Positions 20,539 through 29,389 are shown, counted from the stretch's first letter. The stretch: DNA of 64,000 nt from an uncultured Lachnospiraceae bacterium (GCA_902799015.1 CADBZI010000001.1:54786-118785); one strand, 5' to 3'. Numbers and translations are program-made. The notes: generated from the sequence alone by a model not told the origin.

Positions 20539-21438
20539 TTACTCGCCGCCTGCTGAGGCGGGGGACACCCCACTGGGGTTGTACGGCTCCGTCAGAAAGA
20601 CCTGGATCCGCTCCGGCTTCTTCTTCAGCGCGTGGTATACCTGCTCCGCCTTCTTTCTGTCTTCAAAAACGCCGAACACACTGGGGCCGCTCCCGCTCAT
20701 CATTGCCGCAAGGGCGCCGCCGGACCGCATCTCCTCTTTCAGGCCGGCGATCTCCGGATGCGCCGGAATGGTGACCTCCTCCAGCACATTTCCGCACAAG
20801 GCACACATCTTTTCCAGATCATGCGCGCGGATCGCTGCAATCTGCGCATCGATCTGCGGATGCTTCGTGTGCTCGTCCAGAGACAGATGCGTATAGACAA
20901 ACTTTGTCGAGACACGCACATCCGGCTTCGCAATCACGATGCTGCAGTCGGGAACCGGCGGCAAAACAGTCAGCTCCTCTCCGATTCCCTCCGCCAGGGC
21001 TGTGCCCTTCAGGATACAATACGGTACGTCCGCACCGATCTTCACACCCCGCTCACGCAAGGCCTCCTGGCTCAAGCCCAGGTCAAAGAGCCGGTTCATG
21101 CCTTCCAGCACAGCCGCAGCGTCCGTACTGCCGCCCGCAAGGCCTGCCGCGACCGGAATATGCTTGGTCAGATCGATAAATACACCGTCCGCAATCCCGA
21201 ATTCTTCGAGCAGCATCTGCGCTGCCTGGAATGCATGGTTGGTGCGGTCCGTCGGCAGAAACTTCAGGTTGGTCTTGATCCGCACACCGGGAGATCTGGT
21301 CACGGACAGCTTCACCGTGTCATACAGGTTCACGGTCTGCATCACCATCCGCAGATCATGATAGCCATCCGGACGTTTTCCGATCACGTCGAGCCCAAGA
21401 TTGATCTTTGCCCGGGCTTTCATCTGAATCTGTCTCAT
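20539..21438 (-). CDS. ispE: 4-diphosphocytidyl-2-C-methyl-D-erythritol kinase
   Basis: AKINLGL, IPVAAGLAGGSTDAAA, MSGSGPSVF. Confidence 0.95.
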   Translation of the reverse strand: MRQIQMKARAKINLGLDVIGKRPDGYHDLRMVMQTVNLYDTVKLSVTRSPGVRIKTNLKFLPTDRTNHAFQAAQMLLEEFGIADGVFIDLTKHIPVAAGLAGGSTDAAAVLEGMNRLFDLGLSQEALRERGVKIGADVPYCILKGTALAEGIGEELTVLPPVPDCSIVIAKPDVRVSTKFVYTHLSLDEHTKHPQIDAQIAAIRAHDLEKMCALCGNVLEEVTIPAHPEIAGLKEEMRSGGALAAMMSGSGPSVFGVFEDRKKAEQVYHALKKKPERIQVFLTEPYNPSGVSPASAGGE

Positions 21439-21546
21439 CTTCTTCTCCTTGTTGCCGCGTTCGCACAGGAACGCATAATGCAGGATGCCTTGCCGCGTTC
21501 ACACAGGAACGCATGCCGATGATGCAGCGCACTTCGTCAATGCCCG

Positions 21547-22050
21547 TCAGAAGCTCCGGATCCGGTCAGCCGATTCATCATTTTCCTTGATAATCTGCCG
21601 GATCTCTACCTGATAAGAAAAGCTGTCATCCACGCGGACTGTCACAACGTCTCCGACCTTATGATGCATCAGTGCCTTTCCGATCGGTGACTCAATCGAG
21701 ATCTGATCATTCAGCATATCGCCCCTCATCGATGTGACAATCCGCAGGGTTTCCTCCTGCTGCATGTCACGGTCAAAGATCACGACCCGGTTGTTAATCC
21801 CGACTTCGTCCTCCTTCGATTCGTCGGAAATGACCACTGCTGTCTTCAATACCCGCTCCAGATAGCGGATTCTGCTTTCATTTTCTCCGCGGAACTTCTT
21901 CGCGGCGTAATACTCAAAATTCTCGCTCCGGTCTCCCTGCGCGGCAGCCTCCGCAATCTCCTTTGCTGCCTGTCTGCGCACAACAACCTTGCGGTGCTCG
22001 AGCTCCGCCTCGATCTTCGCGACATCGCCCTTTGTCAATTTCTCCCTCAT
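21547..22050 (-). CDS. greA: GreA/GreB family transcription elongation factor
   Basis: GDRSENFEY, ISIESPIGKAL. Confidence 0.88.
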   Translation of the reverse strand: MREKLTKGDVAKIEAELEHRKVVVRRQAAKEIAEAAAQGDRSENFEYYAAKKFRGENESRIRYLERVLKTAVVISDESKEDEVGINNRVVIFDRDMQQEETLRIVTSMRGDMLNDQISIESPIGKALMHHKVGDVVTVRVDDSFSYQVEIRQIIKENDESADRIRSF

Positions 22051-22235
22051 AAGTTACTGTCCTTCTTTCTGCTTGAATTGCCGGGACCAAAAGCCTGTTC
22101 CTCCTGATTATAACGCACAGAACAATTCACCACTTCACAGCGCCTTCGCCTATGCATTTTCAGGATTCGATATTTGGATTATAATGAATCGGAAAGGCCA
22201 CTGCAATAACAAGGCAATCTATATAAGGAGACAGC

Positions 22236-22952
22236 ATGAGATTAAGAAATATCCCCTCTGCCAGACAGGAACTGGCAGACAGCCCCTATGTCATAGAGGA
22301 AGCGCGTTATCCCGGCCTGCGCGGACACTGGTCTGAATTATTCGGAAATGACCGCCCGGTCAGGATTGAGATCGGCATGGGGAAGGGACAATTTCTGCTG
22401 GAGCTTGCCGGACGCAATCCTGAGATCAATTACATCGGAATCGAACGTTACTCCTCTGTCCTTGTACATCCGGTCCGCAGGCTGGCTGCCTGGGAGTCTG
22501 CCGAAAATACCTTAGATCCTTCTGCTGCGAAGAAGACAGCCGAAGCATCTAAGGAGCGTTCGCCGCAGAATATATTCCTGCTCCGCATGGATGCGGAGCA
22601 GCTGACAGACATCTTCGCACCGGGAGAAGTCGACCGGATCTATCTGAACTTCTCCGACCCGTGGCCGAAAGACCGGCACGCCAAGCGCAGGCTTCCGGGA
22701 CGTGTGTTCCTGAAGCGCTATGAGCAGATCCTGATTCCCGACGGGCGGGTGGAATTCAAGACAGATAATCGCCTGCTCTTCGACTTTGCGCTGGAAGAAG
22801 CGCGGGAAGCAGGTTGGACGGTCGATGCGTTTACTTATGACCTGCACCACGACAGCACGATGAATGAAGGCAATATCCTGACGGAATATGAGAAACGATT
22901 CTCCGGGCAAGGCAATCCGATCTGCAAGCTGATCGAGCATCCCGGGAAATAA
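22236..22952 (+). CDS. trmB: tRNA (guanine-N7)-methyltransferase
   Basis: IEIGMGKG, NFSDPWPK, FKTDN, TEYE. Confidence 0.95.
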   Translation: MRLRNIPSARQELADSPYVIEEARYPGLRGHWSELFGNDRPVRIEIGMGKGQFLLELAGRNPEINYIGIERYSSVLVHPVRRLAAWESAENTLDPSAAKKTAEASKERSPQNIFLLRMDAEQLTDIFAPGEVDRIYLNFSDPWPKDRHAKRRLPGRVFLKRYEQILIPDGRVEFKTDNRLLFDFALEEAREAGWTVDAFTYDLHHDSTMNEGNILTEYEKRFSGQGNPICKLIEHPGK

Positions 22953-23037
22953 CATGTATCACCAAGTCCCGCCGGGAAGCCAATAAGAAAGGCCAAAAAT
23001 CAGCCCAAAAATAGTATCGAAAAATTTTAAAAAGGGG

Positions 23038-23066
23038 TTGCATTTTTCTCTCTGCTGACATATAAT
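23038..23066 (+). promoter_or_regulatory. sigmaA promoter of tRNA-Lys
   Basis: TTGCAT-17-TATAAT with AT-rich upstream tract. Confidence 0.7.
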
Positions 23067-23110
23067 CATCATCGTCCTTGAAAAAAACAGGACATCATGC
23101 TTCATAAGAA

Positions 23111-23183
23111 GCACCCTTAGCTCAGTTGGTAGAGCACCTGACTCTTAATCAGGGTGTCCAGGGTTCGAGCCCCTGAGGGTGCA
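23111..23183 (+). tRNA. tRNA-Lys (anticodon CTT), CCA not encoded
   Basis: Acceptor GCACCCT/AGGGTGC, D arm, CCTGA-ctCTTaa-TCAGG anticodon arm, GGTTCGAGCC T arm. Confidence 0.97.
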
Positions 23184-23195
23184 CGGAGGGAGTAC
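23150..23195 (+). repeat. att core, left copy (46 bp)
   Basis: CAGGGTGTCCAGGGTTCGAGCCCCTGAGGGTGCACGGAGGGAGTAC, identical at 49899-49944. Confidence 0.95.
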
Positions 23196-23233
23196 TGATT
23201 CTACGGAGAAGCCGTGGGGTTGGTGCTTCTTTT
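23191..23233 (+). terminator. tRNA terminator, left copy
   Basis: 16-bp GU-rich stem, AGAAG loop, followed by TCTTTT. Confidence 0.7.
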
Positions 23234-23374
23234 ATGTTCCCGTAATCCCAAGCAAATCCAGCTCCCATGCGGCTTTTCAGGGCTTCTGTTCGATTCTCCC
23301 AGCTGTTTCTAAACAGGACAATCTTCAGGTTTTTGGAGCATCTGAAGCACCGCAATAATTCGTAAAATCTGGAT

Positions 23375-23409
23375 TCTTCCCACAAATCTTCCCACAACTT
23401 GTGGGAAGA
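23375..23409. repeat. Putative integrase arm-type sites (TCTTCCCACAA x2 direct + 1 inverted)
   Basis: Copies at 23375, 23387 and inverted at 23399; same 11-mer at 49737 and 50934. Confidence 0.65.
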
Positions 23410-23454
23410 AATATTAGTTGCATCCGCACTGTATCAGATTTTTATAACTATCTT

Positions 23455-24822
23455 TTATTTTGCAATAGCCTTTTCAAATATAGCCGCTGCATGCTTTCTG
23501 GAGCATGATGTGGAATGTGTATAAGTATTCAGAGTTATACGAATATCCGAATGCCCCATAAGCTCCTGCACGTCCTTGATGTCTGCACCGTTTAACACCA
23601 ACGTGGACGCGAACGTATGGCGAAGTTCATGAAAATGAAAATGTGCCAATGTCGGAAGCTCACGGTGGACAAGCTTGTTACACCACTTAAGCGTCTGGGT
23701 CGTCATCAGTTCCCCCATCGGCTTGGTACATACAAACTGGACCGGAGTAAGCTCCACATCGGGGCTGTGCTGTCCAACGAACCTGCCTTTGGTGCTCCTG
23801 CTTGCGTTCTGGGGAACACCGCTCCCAAGATCAGTGAAGATCTGGTAATGCTGCTGTCCTTTGATCTCCCGTACCTGGAAGAAATGCTTCTGGTAAAACG
23901 GTCCGTTCTCCATCATCTCTTCAAGCTGTTTCTTCCGGGCATTCCGGAGGATCTCCGCCAGGCTTTCGCCGAAGTCGATCACCCTGAACTTTTTACTCTT
24001 GGGTACCTTTAACTCCCAGCACTTCGTATTCTTGTCGTAATACATAGATCGCCGTACCCACAGACGCAGGTTTTTCAGGTCAATATCCTGCCAGGTCAGG
24101 CCGCATACCTCGCCCGCGCGCATGCCGGTGTGGTAGGCAATCTGAACCGGAAGCAGCAGATACGAATCACTCTCATGGCGCGCAAGCATGTTTTCGAGAA
24201 GCTCATATTCCTCCGGGGAGATGGTCTCTACCGGCGATTCGACCTCCTCAAACAGATCAACCTCTTTGAGCTTCTTCCTTCGCTTGACGTACTGCATGAT
24301 GTTCTCCCGCATGATTCGCTTGGGGTAAACCGCATACTTGAACATACGCTCCAAAACGTGAAACTGCTTTCGCATATGGCTGTCGGAGTAAGCATGTTTC
24401 AGCTGCACTCCGTTCTCATCGAATTCGCCATAATATTTCTCGTCCACATAAGACTGCAGCTGTTCAATGGTTACGTCGCACAGCCTTGTCGCGCCAAGAG
24501 GATGCTCCCGGATATGACGCAGGACATTCTCGTAATCATATTTCCCGTTTGTTGACATCACACTGCGATCCACCTCATCGGAATACCACAGATTCCCTAA
24601 TTCATTGACCGTCAACTCACCGGGACTGATGATCCGCCCCTCAATATTGTAATCCTCCAAGGCCTGCTTCAGCATAGCCTCGGTCTCTCTTTTCGTCTCA
24701 CCCCCTCTGAATTCATGCATCTTCCAGCTTCCGTCATCTTCACGGATCCGGAACCGATAGTACCACTTGCTTCCTTTCTTGCGAACGTTCCCGTTCTGAA
24801 AGGACGTGTCTTTTTTTGACAT
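23455..24822 (-). CDS. int: Tyrosine recombinase/integrase
   Basis: N-terminal arm-binding GNVRKKGSKWYYRF; TGMRAGE, HELRH, MGH..I..T..TY catalytic motifs. Confidence 0.95.
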   Translation of the reverse strand: MSKKDTSFQNGNVRKKGSKWYYRFRIREDDGSWKMHEFRGGETKRETEAMLKQALEDYNIEGRIISPGELTVNELGNLWYSDEVDRSVMSTNGKYDYENVLRHIREHPLGATRLCDVTIEQLQSYVDEKYYGEFDENGVQLKHAYSDSHMRKQFHVLERMFKYAVYPKRIMRENIMQYVKRRKKLKEVDLFEEVESPVETISPEEYELLENMLARHESDSYLLLPVQIAYHTGMRAGEVCGLTWQDIDLKNLRLWVRRSMYYDKNTKCWELKVPKSKKFRVIDFGESLAEILRNARKKQLEEMMENGPFYQKHFFQVREIKGQQHYQIFTDLGSGVPQNASRSTKGRFVGQHSPDVELTPVQFVCTKPMGELMTTQTLKWCNKLVHRELPTLAHFHFHELRHTFASTLVLNGADIKDVQELMGHSDIRITLNTYTHSTSCSRKHAAAIFEKAIAK

Positions 24823-24840
24823 TGGATCTCCTTTCTTTCC

Positions 24841-24882
24841 GGAGTCCAATACCTTGTTTGCGTGTAAGTGTATCAGGACTCC
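24841..24882 (-). promoter_or_regulatory. Hairpin in int leader carrying shared 20-nt motif
   Basis: GGAGTCC...GGACTCC stem; TCCTGATACACTTACACGCA also found at 25940-25959. Confidence 0.6.
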
Positions 24883-24887
24883 AATCT

Positions 24888-25511
24888 TTACAACCATATT
24901 TCCGCCGGTAGGTACCGAAGCAGGCTTTTCAATTTGTCAAAAGCTCCACCCGGATCAGATGGATAGCGATCAAGAACATCACTGGCATCCCTGAGTTCAT
25001 TTACAGTATGTTTGATTTCCCGATGATACAGTAAGTTCTTTAGCTCTTCCTCAGAGTTTAAACCAAGCTCAACAGCAATCCTCCTGTACCGCTTGACATT
25101 CGAGCATCTTTCATCTACATTTTCAAAACTCGTAATCAGGTCCTCAAATGACTCCAGCAAATACAGGAGCAGGGTCTTGGCAAAGTCAGCATCTATCGTT
25201 TTCAGCTTCAACGGGAATGACGACTGTATTCGCTGATAGCTGTCACGGATTCTGATCTCCAAAGCATCTGTCACTTCGGGATCGAGTTTATCCGTCTCTC
25301 CGAGCAGCCATTCCGGAGTGACATCAAGTACCCTGGAAAGTCCTTCCAGTACCATCTTCTTCGTGTTGTCGATCGTGCCACTCTCATAGCGCTGAACCGT
25401 TGACTTATTCACACCCATCTGATCAGCCACATACTGCATTGGAAGATCCAGTTCGAGTCTTCTTTGCTTTATCCTCGCACCGATCTGCTTTCTTTGTTCT
25501 GAATCAAGCAT
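24888..25511 (-). CDS. XRE-family HTH repressor
   Basis: IGARIKQRR...VADQMGVNKSTVQRYESG; divergent from xis. Confidence 0.9.
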   Translation of the reverse strand: MLDSEQRKQIGARIKQRRLELDLPMQYVADQMGVNKSTVQRYESGTIDNTKKMVLEGLSRVLDVTPEWLLGETDKLDPEVTDALEIRIRDSYQRIQSSFPLKLKTIDADFAKTLLLYLLESFEDLITSFENVDERCSNVKRYRRIAVELGLNSEEELKNLLYHREIKHTVNELRDASDVLDRYPSDPGGAFDKLKSLLRYLPAEIWL

Positions 25512-25601
25512 ATTCAGTACCTCCCTTTCCTGTTCAAGATATCATATAACACGAGTCGTTGCAAGATGCGTCTTCTTAAGATTTATTTTGTCGCGTCACG
25601 C

Positions 25602-25630
25602 TTGACTAATTAACGTGAGCATATTATACT
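25602..25630 (+). promoter_or_regulatory. Promoter of xis-rep-mob module
   Basis: TTGACT-17-TATACT. Confidence 0.6.
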
Positions 25631-25677
25631 GCAAATCAAAATTATGGTTGCTTTATGCACCAGAAAGGAGGTGTGTC

Positions 25678-25893
25678 ATGTTGCGTGATAAAGTGGCAAT
25701 GTCTGTCGAAGACGCTTCCGCCTACACCGGTATCGGGAGAAACACACTTCGGGAACTGATCAGATCCCAGAAGCTTCCGGTCCTCCGGATCGGTCGGAAG
25801 ATTCTGATCCGGACAGACACATTGGACAACTTCCTGCGGATCAACGATGGCAGAGATCTGCGCAACGCCGCGGAAGCATTTGCAGCAAAGTAG
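25678..25893 (+). CDS. xis: Excisionase-type HTH protein
   Basis: MSVEDASAYTGIGRNTLRELI...LRIGRKILI; AGGAGG RBS. Confidence 0.85.
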   Translation: MLRDKVAMSVEDASAYTGIGRNTLRELIRSQKLPVLRIGRKILIRTDTLDNFLRINDGRDLRNAAEAFAAK

Positions 25894-25925
25894 AAAAGGG
25901 GCAGCCATGAACGACTGCCCCTAGT

Positions 25926-25989
25926 GTTCAGAAAAGACTTCCTGATACACTTACACGCACATTCAATGTATCACAGTCTCTTTCTGAAC
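25926..25989 (+). promoter_or_regulatory. Hairpin in rep leader carrying shared 20-nt motif
   Basis: GTTCAGAAA/TTTCTGAAC, AGACT/AGTCT and TGATACA/TGTATCA stems around the ACACGCA loop; RBS just downstream. Confidence 0.6.
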
Positions 25990-26012
25990 GCAATCGGAAG
26001 GAGGTGAATCAA

Positions 26013-26909
26013 TTGGCGGTTTTGGTAAACAGAACACAGGGAAACTTTACGATGATCAGCAACAATATCCTGCGCGATGAAGAGCTGAATCTGAAAGACC
26101 GCGGCTTACTCTGCACCCTCTGCTCACTTCCGAACGGATGGCACTTCAGCATAGCAGGATTAAGCAGAATTCTCCCCGACGGGAAGGACGCGATCAGTGG
26201 TTCTTTGAAGCGACTGGAGTCGCTGAGATATCTGAGCATCACAAAGTCCAGGAACAGCGCCGGGGAATTCGTGTCAGAGCTTGAGGTGTTTACCGAGAGG
26301 AAGTCCACGACGGCTTCTCCGTTACGGGAAACCCGGCACGGTAATTCCATATTGGAAAACCCGGGACGGAATCCCCAGACCGGATCAACCGTCGCGGAGA
26401 ATACAGCGGGATCTCATACTGACCATAAAAACATGACATCTATTAATGATCATGTCAAATCCATCCATCAGAACCAACAATACCTGAGCGACGGACAGAC
26501 GGAAGAAGAACGTCAGATCCTTCAGTACAAGGATTTGATCGCAGAAAACATTCATCTGGACTGGCTGCTGGATGCCGCCAGACAGAAGGATGACACAGAA
26601 GTCAAGATGGTTCAGGAAATCTATGATGTGATATGCGACATGGTCTGCTATCCACGAAACGAGATCAGTATCAAAGGAGAAACTCGACCATGGAGTACAG
26701 TTAAGACTCAATTCCTCAAGCTCACATACGATCATGTCGCAAGTGTGCTGGAACGAATCATTGATCAGGATCTGAATATCCACAATATGTATTCCTACCT
26801 TGTCTCCACACTGTTCTCAGAATCCATGACAAACACAATGGAGACTCAGGCAAACATTCACGACGATTATCTGAAATCACTGCGGGGGCATCCATATTCC
26901 ATGTCATAG
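26013..26909 (+). CDS. Replication initiator-like protein (phage-type N-terminal HTH, DUF6017-like C-terminus)
   Basis: NFTMISN..LRD..L.LK..GLL..L.SLP..W motif; C-terminal VK.QFLKL...H...I.N...Y....LF; TTG start after GGAGG. Confidence 0.75.
   Translation: MAVLVNRTQGNFTMISNNILRDEELNLKDRGLLCTLCSLPNGWHFSIAGLSRILPDGKDAISGSLKRLESLRYLSITKSRNSAGEFVSELEVFTERKSTTASPLRETRHGNSILENPGRNPQTGSTVAENTAGSHTDHKNMTSINDHVKSIHQNQQYLSDGQTEEERQILQYKDLIAENIHLDWLLDAARQKDDTEVKMVQEIYDVICDMVCYPRNEISIKGETRPWSTVKTQFLKLTYDHVASVLERIIDQDLNIHNMYSYLVSTLFSESMTNTMETQANIHDDYLKSLRGHPYSMS
26305..26402. repeat. Seven 14-bp-period iteron-like units inside rep
   Basis: CCR-N3-YGG at 26305, 26319, 26333, 26347, 26361, 26375, 26389. 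Confidence 0.65.
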
Positions 26910-26952
26910 GAAATGACAGCGTTCACAGAAGCAGAGGCAACAACAACGATCC

Positions 26953-26991
26953 GGATTCTCAGAGTACAGACAGACGATACTCTGAGAATCC
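26953..26991. repeat. Perfect 14-bp inverted repeat between rep and mob accessory gene
   Basis: GGATTCTCAGAGTA-N11-TACTCTGAGAATCC. Confidence 0.7.
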
Positions 26992-27018
26992 AAATCAAAT
27001 CGAAAGGAGACATTCGCT

Positions 27019-27300
27019 ATGGCAGCAAGAAAAACTACCAGCGAGAAGATCGCTGACATCGAAAAAAAGCAGGCTCAGATGAGTGCTTTAAAAAGGCAGC
27101 TCCAGAAAAAGGAGGCCGCTGAAAACCGTAAGGCCAGAACCAGGCGGCTGATCATGATCGGCGCGGAAGTGGAGAAGATCCTTGGTAAACCGATCGAGGA
27201 ATATGACCTCCCAAAACTGAAGCGGTTTCTGGAAAGCCAGGAAACCAGAGGACACTACTTCTCCAAGGCAATGTCTGCGGAACCAACGGCAGGCACTTGA
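27019..27300 (+). CDS. Small mobilisation accessory protein (DUF3847/MobC-like)
   Basis: Coiled coil followed by RKARTRRLI..GA.VE motif; adjacent to oriT. Confidence 0.65.
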   Translation: MAARKTTSEKIADIEKKQAQMSALKRQLQKKEAAENRKARTRRLIMIGAEVEKILGKPIEEYDLPKLKRFLESQETRGHYFSKAMSAEPTAGT

Positions 27301-27346
27301 AAGCCCTCGCATGGTTTGTCTTTTTTTGGCCTCCTCCCTTACTTGT

Positions 27347-27394
27347 AAGGGCGCACTTATATGTGGGCGGAGCCCACATTCATAAGCGCGCTCT
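27347..27394. other. MOBQ-type oriT
   Basis: AAGGGCGCACTTA (reverse complement of TAAGTGCGCCCT nic motif), ATGTGGGC/GCCCACAT hairpin, second nic-like TAAGCGCGCTCT. Confidence 0.8.
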
Positions 27395-27467
27395 GCGAGG
27401 CCGGGCCGTCCATGGGACTGCCCCTTTGCTCCTTCGGAGCAAAGCAAAGGCGCCGCCTTTGGAACCG

Positions 27468-27620
27468 GTCCTGCGCGGACAGCGCTCCTGTGCAGAGGGC
27501 AATCCTGCGCGGATGGCACTCCTGTGCGGAGGGCAGTCTTCCGCAGACGGTGCTCCTGTGCGGAGGGCAGTCTTCCGCAGACGGTGCTCCTGTGCGGAGG
27601 GCAGTCCTGCGCGGACAGCG
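27468..27620. repeat. Tandem repeat of nine 17-mers forming 34-bp higher-order units
   Basis: CTCCTGTGC(G/A)GAGGGCA at 27485, 27519, 27553, 27587, alternating with related 17-mers. Confidence 0.85.
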
Positions 27621-27766
27621 CCCTTTACAGATGCATGATCCTCACAGACTGCAACCACCACAGACAGCACTCCTCCACGGACAGTATGTCAGTACAGCAA
27701 ATCACTTCTATCCGAACCGGCATACTGTTTCACGGCAGGAGTGATTCAAAAAACGGAGAACGAAAC

Positions 27767-29389
27767 ATGTCCATCTACCACTGCTCCATCAAGATCATCA
27801 GCCGCTCATCCGGCCGGTCTGCGGTAGCGTCCGCCGCATACCGTGCCGGTGAAAAGCTGCTGAATGATGAAACCGGAATGCTGCATGACTTCACCAGAAA
27901 AAGCGGTGTCGTCATGAGCGAAATCCTGCTTCCTGAGCATGTACCGTCAGCATTCCGGAATCGCCAGGTTCTCTGGAACGAAGTGCAGAAAACAGAACGG
28001 AGATCTGACGCTCAGCTTGCCCGGGAAGTGGAAGTCGCATTTCCGGTTGAGATGACACGACCCCAGCAGATCGAATGCATCCGGAATTACATTCAGGAGA
28101 ACTTCGTTTCGGAAGGAATGATCGCCGACTGGTCACTTCACGACAAAGACGACGGCAACCCACACGCACATATCATGCTAACGGTGCGCGGGTTCGATGA
28201 GCATGAGCAGTGGCAGGCGAAAACGAAAACCGTTTTTGCAAACACCAGGGACGCGAAAGGGAGAGCTGTATTTGACCCGTCTCTGCCCTCCTATGATCCA
28301 AAAGACCGGGAACACACTTCACAGTATCGCATCCCGCAGCTTGACGGTAACGGGGAGCAGAAATCGCGGATCCGGAAAGGCAAGGGAACGGAATACCTCT
28401 GGGAGAAAGTCACCATTCCGGCCAACGACTGGAATGACAGGCAGAACGCTGAAAAGTGGAGGGCATCCTGGGCGCAGCACTGCAACCTGTACCTGGAAAA
28501 GGAACAGCAGATTGACCACCGCTCTTACGCAAGGCAGGGGCTGGACCAGGAACCCACCATTCATGAGGGCGTGACTGCCAGGAACATGGAACTCACAGGC
28601 ATGACCGCCGACCGCTGTCAGATCAACCGGGAAGTAAGGGAACGGAATCTGATCCGTGAAAAGATCCGGAAACTGACAGCTGAACTCACGGCAGCGATCC
28701 TGAAGAAAGCGAGGGAACTCTATGAACGATTCACGCACCTTGCAGGAACTGTTGGAAATTGTGAAGAAGCAGGAAGACATGATCGCACTGATGGAAACCC
28801 TTCAGGGCGAAAACGAAAAACTGAACCGGGAGTTGGAAGACTGCAACAGGAGACTGAAGCAGAAGTCGAAGAAACTGAAAGAATCGCTCGCATTGAACGA
28901 GAAATTGAACAGCGAAAACCGGCGATTGCTTCAGCAGATCGAAAGCTGGAACAGCTTACAGCCCTGATCAGGGAAAAGGAGAAAGAGAACAATGACAGAA
29001 TCAAGAAACTTATGGAACGAAGACGAGCTGCTCTCTCAGCTGGAAGAGGCACAGGATCAGATCGATCAGCTTCAGAACAGGGTCGATGGTCTGATGGATG
29101 TGATCAACAAAAAGAACGAACAGCTCACGAAACTGAGATGGGAAAACTCATCCGAGATATCGAAGCTGCAATCAGTTCTGCAACAGGCGCAGAACAAGAT
29201 TCAAGAGCAGCGCGATCAGATCGTGAAACTGAACAGCGCAGACTTGATCTTGAAAGACAACGAGAAACTGAAGAGCGAGAACGACAGGCTCGCAAACGAG
29301 AACGTGAAGCTCGTGAACAAGAATGCGAAACTCGTAAGCGAGAACGACAGGATTATAAAGGAAGCCGCCCACGCGGAAGAAGCCGCTAA
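27767..29389 (+). CDS. mobA: MobA/MobL (MOBQ) relaxase
   Basis: MSIYHCSIKIISRS.GRSAVASAAYR, LWNEV, LAREVEVA, H....GNPHAHIM, IDHRSY, PTIHEG. Confidence 0.93.
   Translation: MSIYHCSIKIISRSSGRSAVASAAYRAGEKLLNDETGMLHDFTRKSGVVMSEILLPEHVPSAFRNRQVLWNEVQKTERRSDAQLAREVEVAFPVEMTRPQQIECIRNYIQENFVSEGMIADWSLHDKDDGNPHAHIMLTVRGFDEHEQWQAKTKTVFANTRDAKGRAVFDPSLPSYDPKDREHTSQYRIPQLDGNGEQKSRIRKGKGTEYLWEKVTIPANDWNDRQNAEKWRASWAQHCNLYLEKEQQIDHRSYARQGLDQEPTIHEGVTARNMELTGMTADRCQINREVRERNLIREKIRKLTAELTAAILKKARELYERFTHLAGTVGNCEEAGRHDRTDGNPSGRKRKTEPGVGRLQQETEAEVEETERIARIEREIEQRKPAIASADRKLEQLTALIREKEKENNDRIKKLMERRRAALSAGRGTGSDRSASEQGRWSDGCDQQKERTAHETEMGKLIRDIEAAISSATGAEQDSRAARSDRETEQRRLDLERQRETEERERQARKREREAREQECETRKRERQDYKGSRPRGRSR
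28722..28967 (+). CDS. Coiled-coil protein overprinted in the +1 frame of relaxase
   Basis: 81 aa with heptad pattern; GAGGG upstream; relaxase frame looks low-complexity here. Confidence 0.5.
   Translation: MNDSRTLQELLEIVKKQEDMIALMETLQGENEKLNRELEDCNRRLKQKSKKLKESLALNEKLNSENRRLLQQIESWNSLQP

Noticed and set aside
11428-20556. Long antisense ORFs (11428-12906, 17416-18582, 19348-20556; likewise 62465-63508)
   Set aside because: Shadow frames opposite well-supported genes in GC-rich DNA, with no recognisable motifs.
27468-27620. Possible mini-CRISPR array
   Set aside because: The 'spacers' are only 17 bp, resemble the repeat and each other, and no cas genes are present; it is a tandem repeat.
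27297-27766. ORFs across the oriT/repeat region and an 81-aa N-terminal extension of the relaxase
   Set aside because: They translate the tandem repeat; MOBQ relaxases begin at the M-x-I-Y-H motif at 27767, which has its own GGAG.
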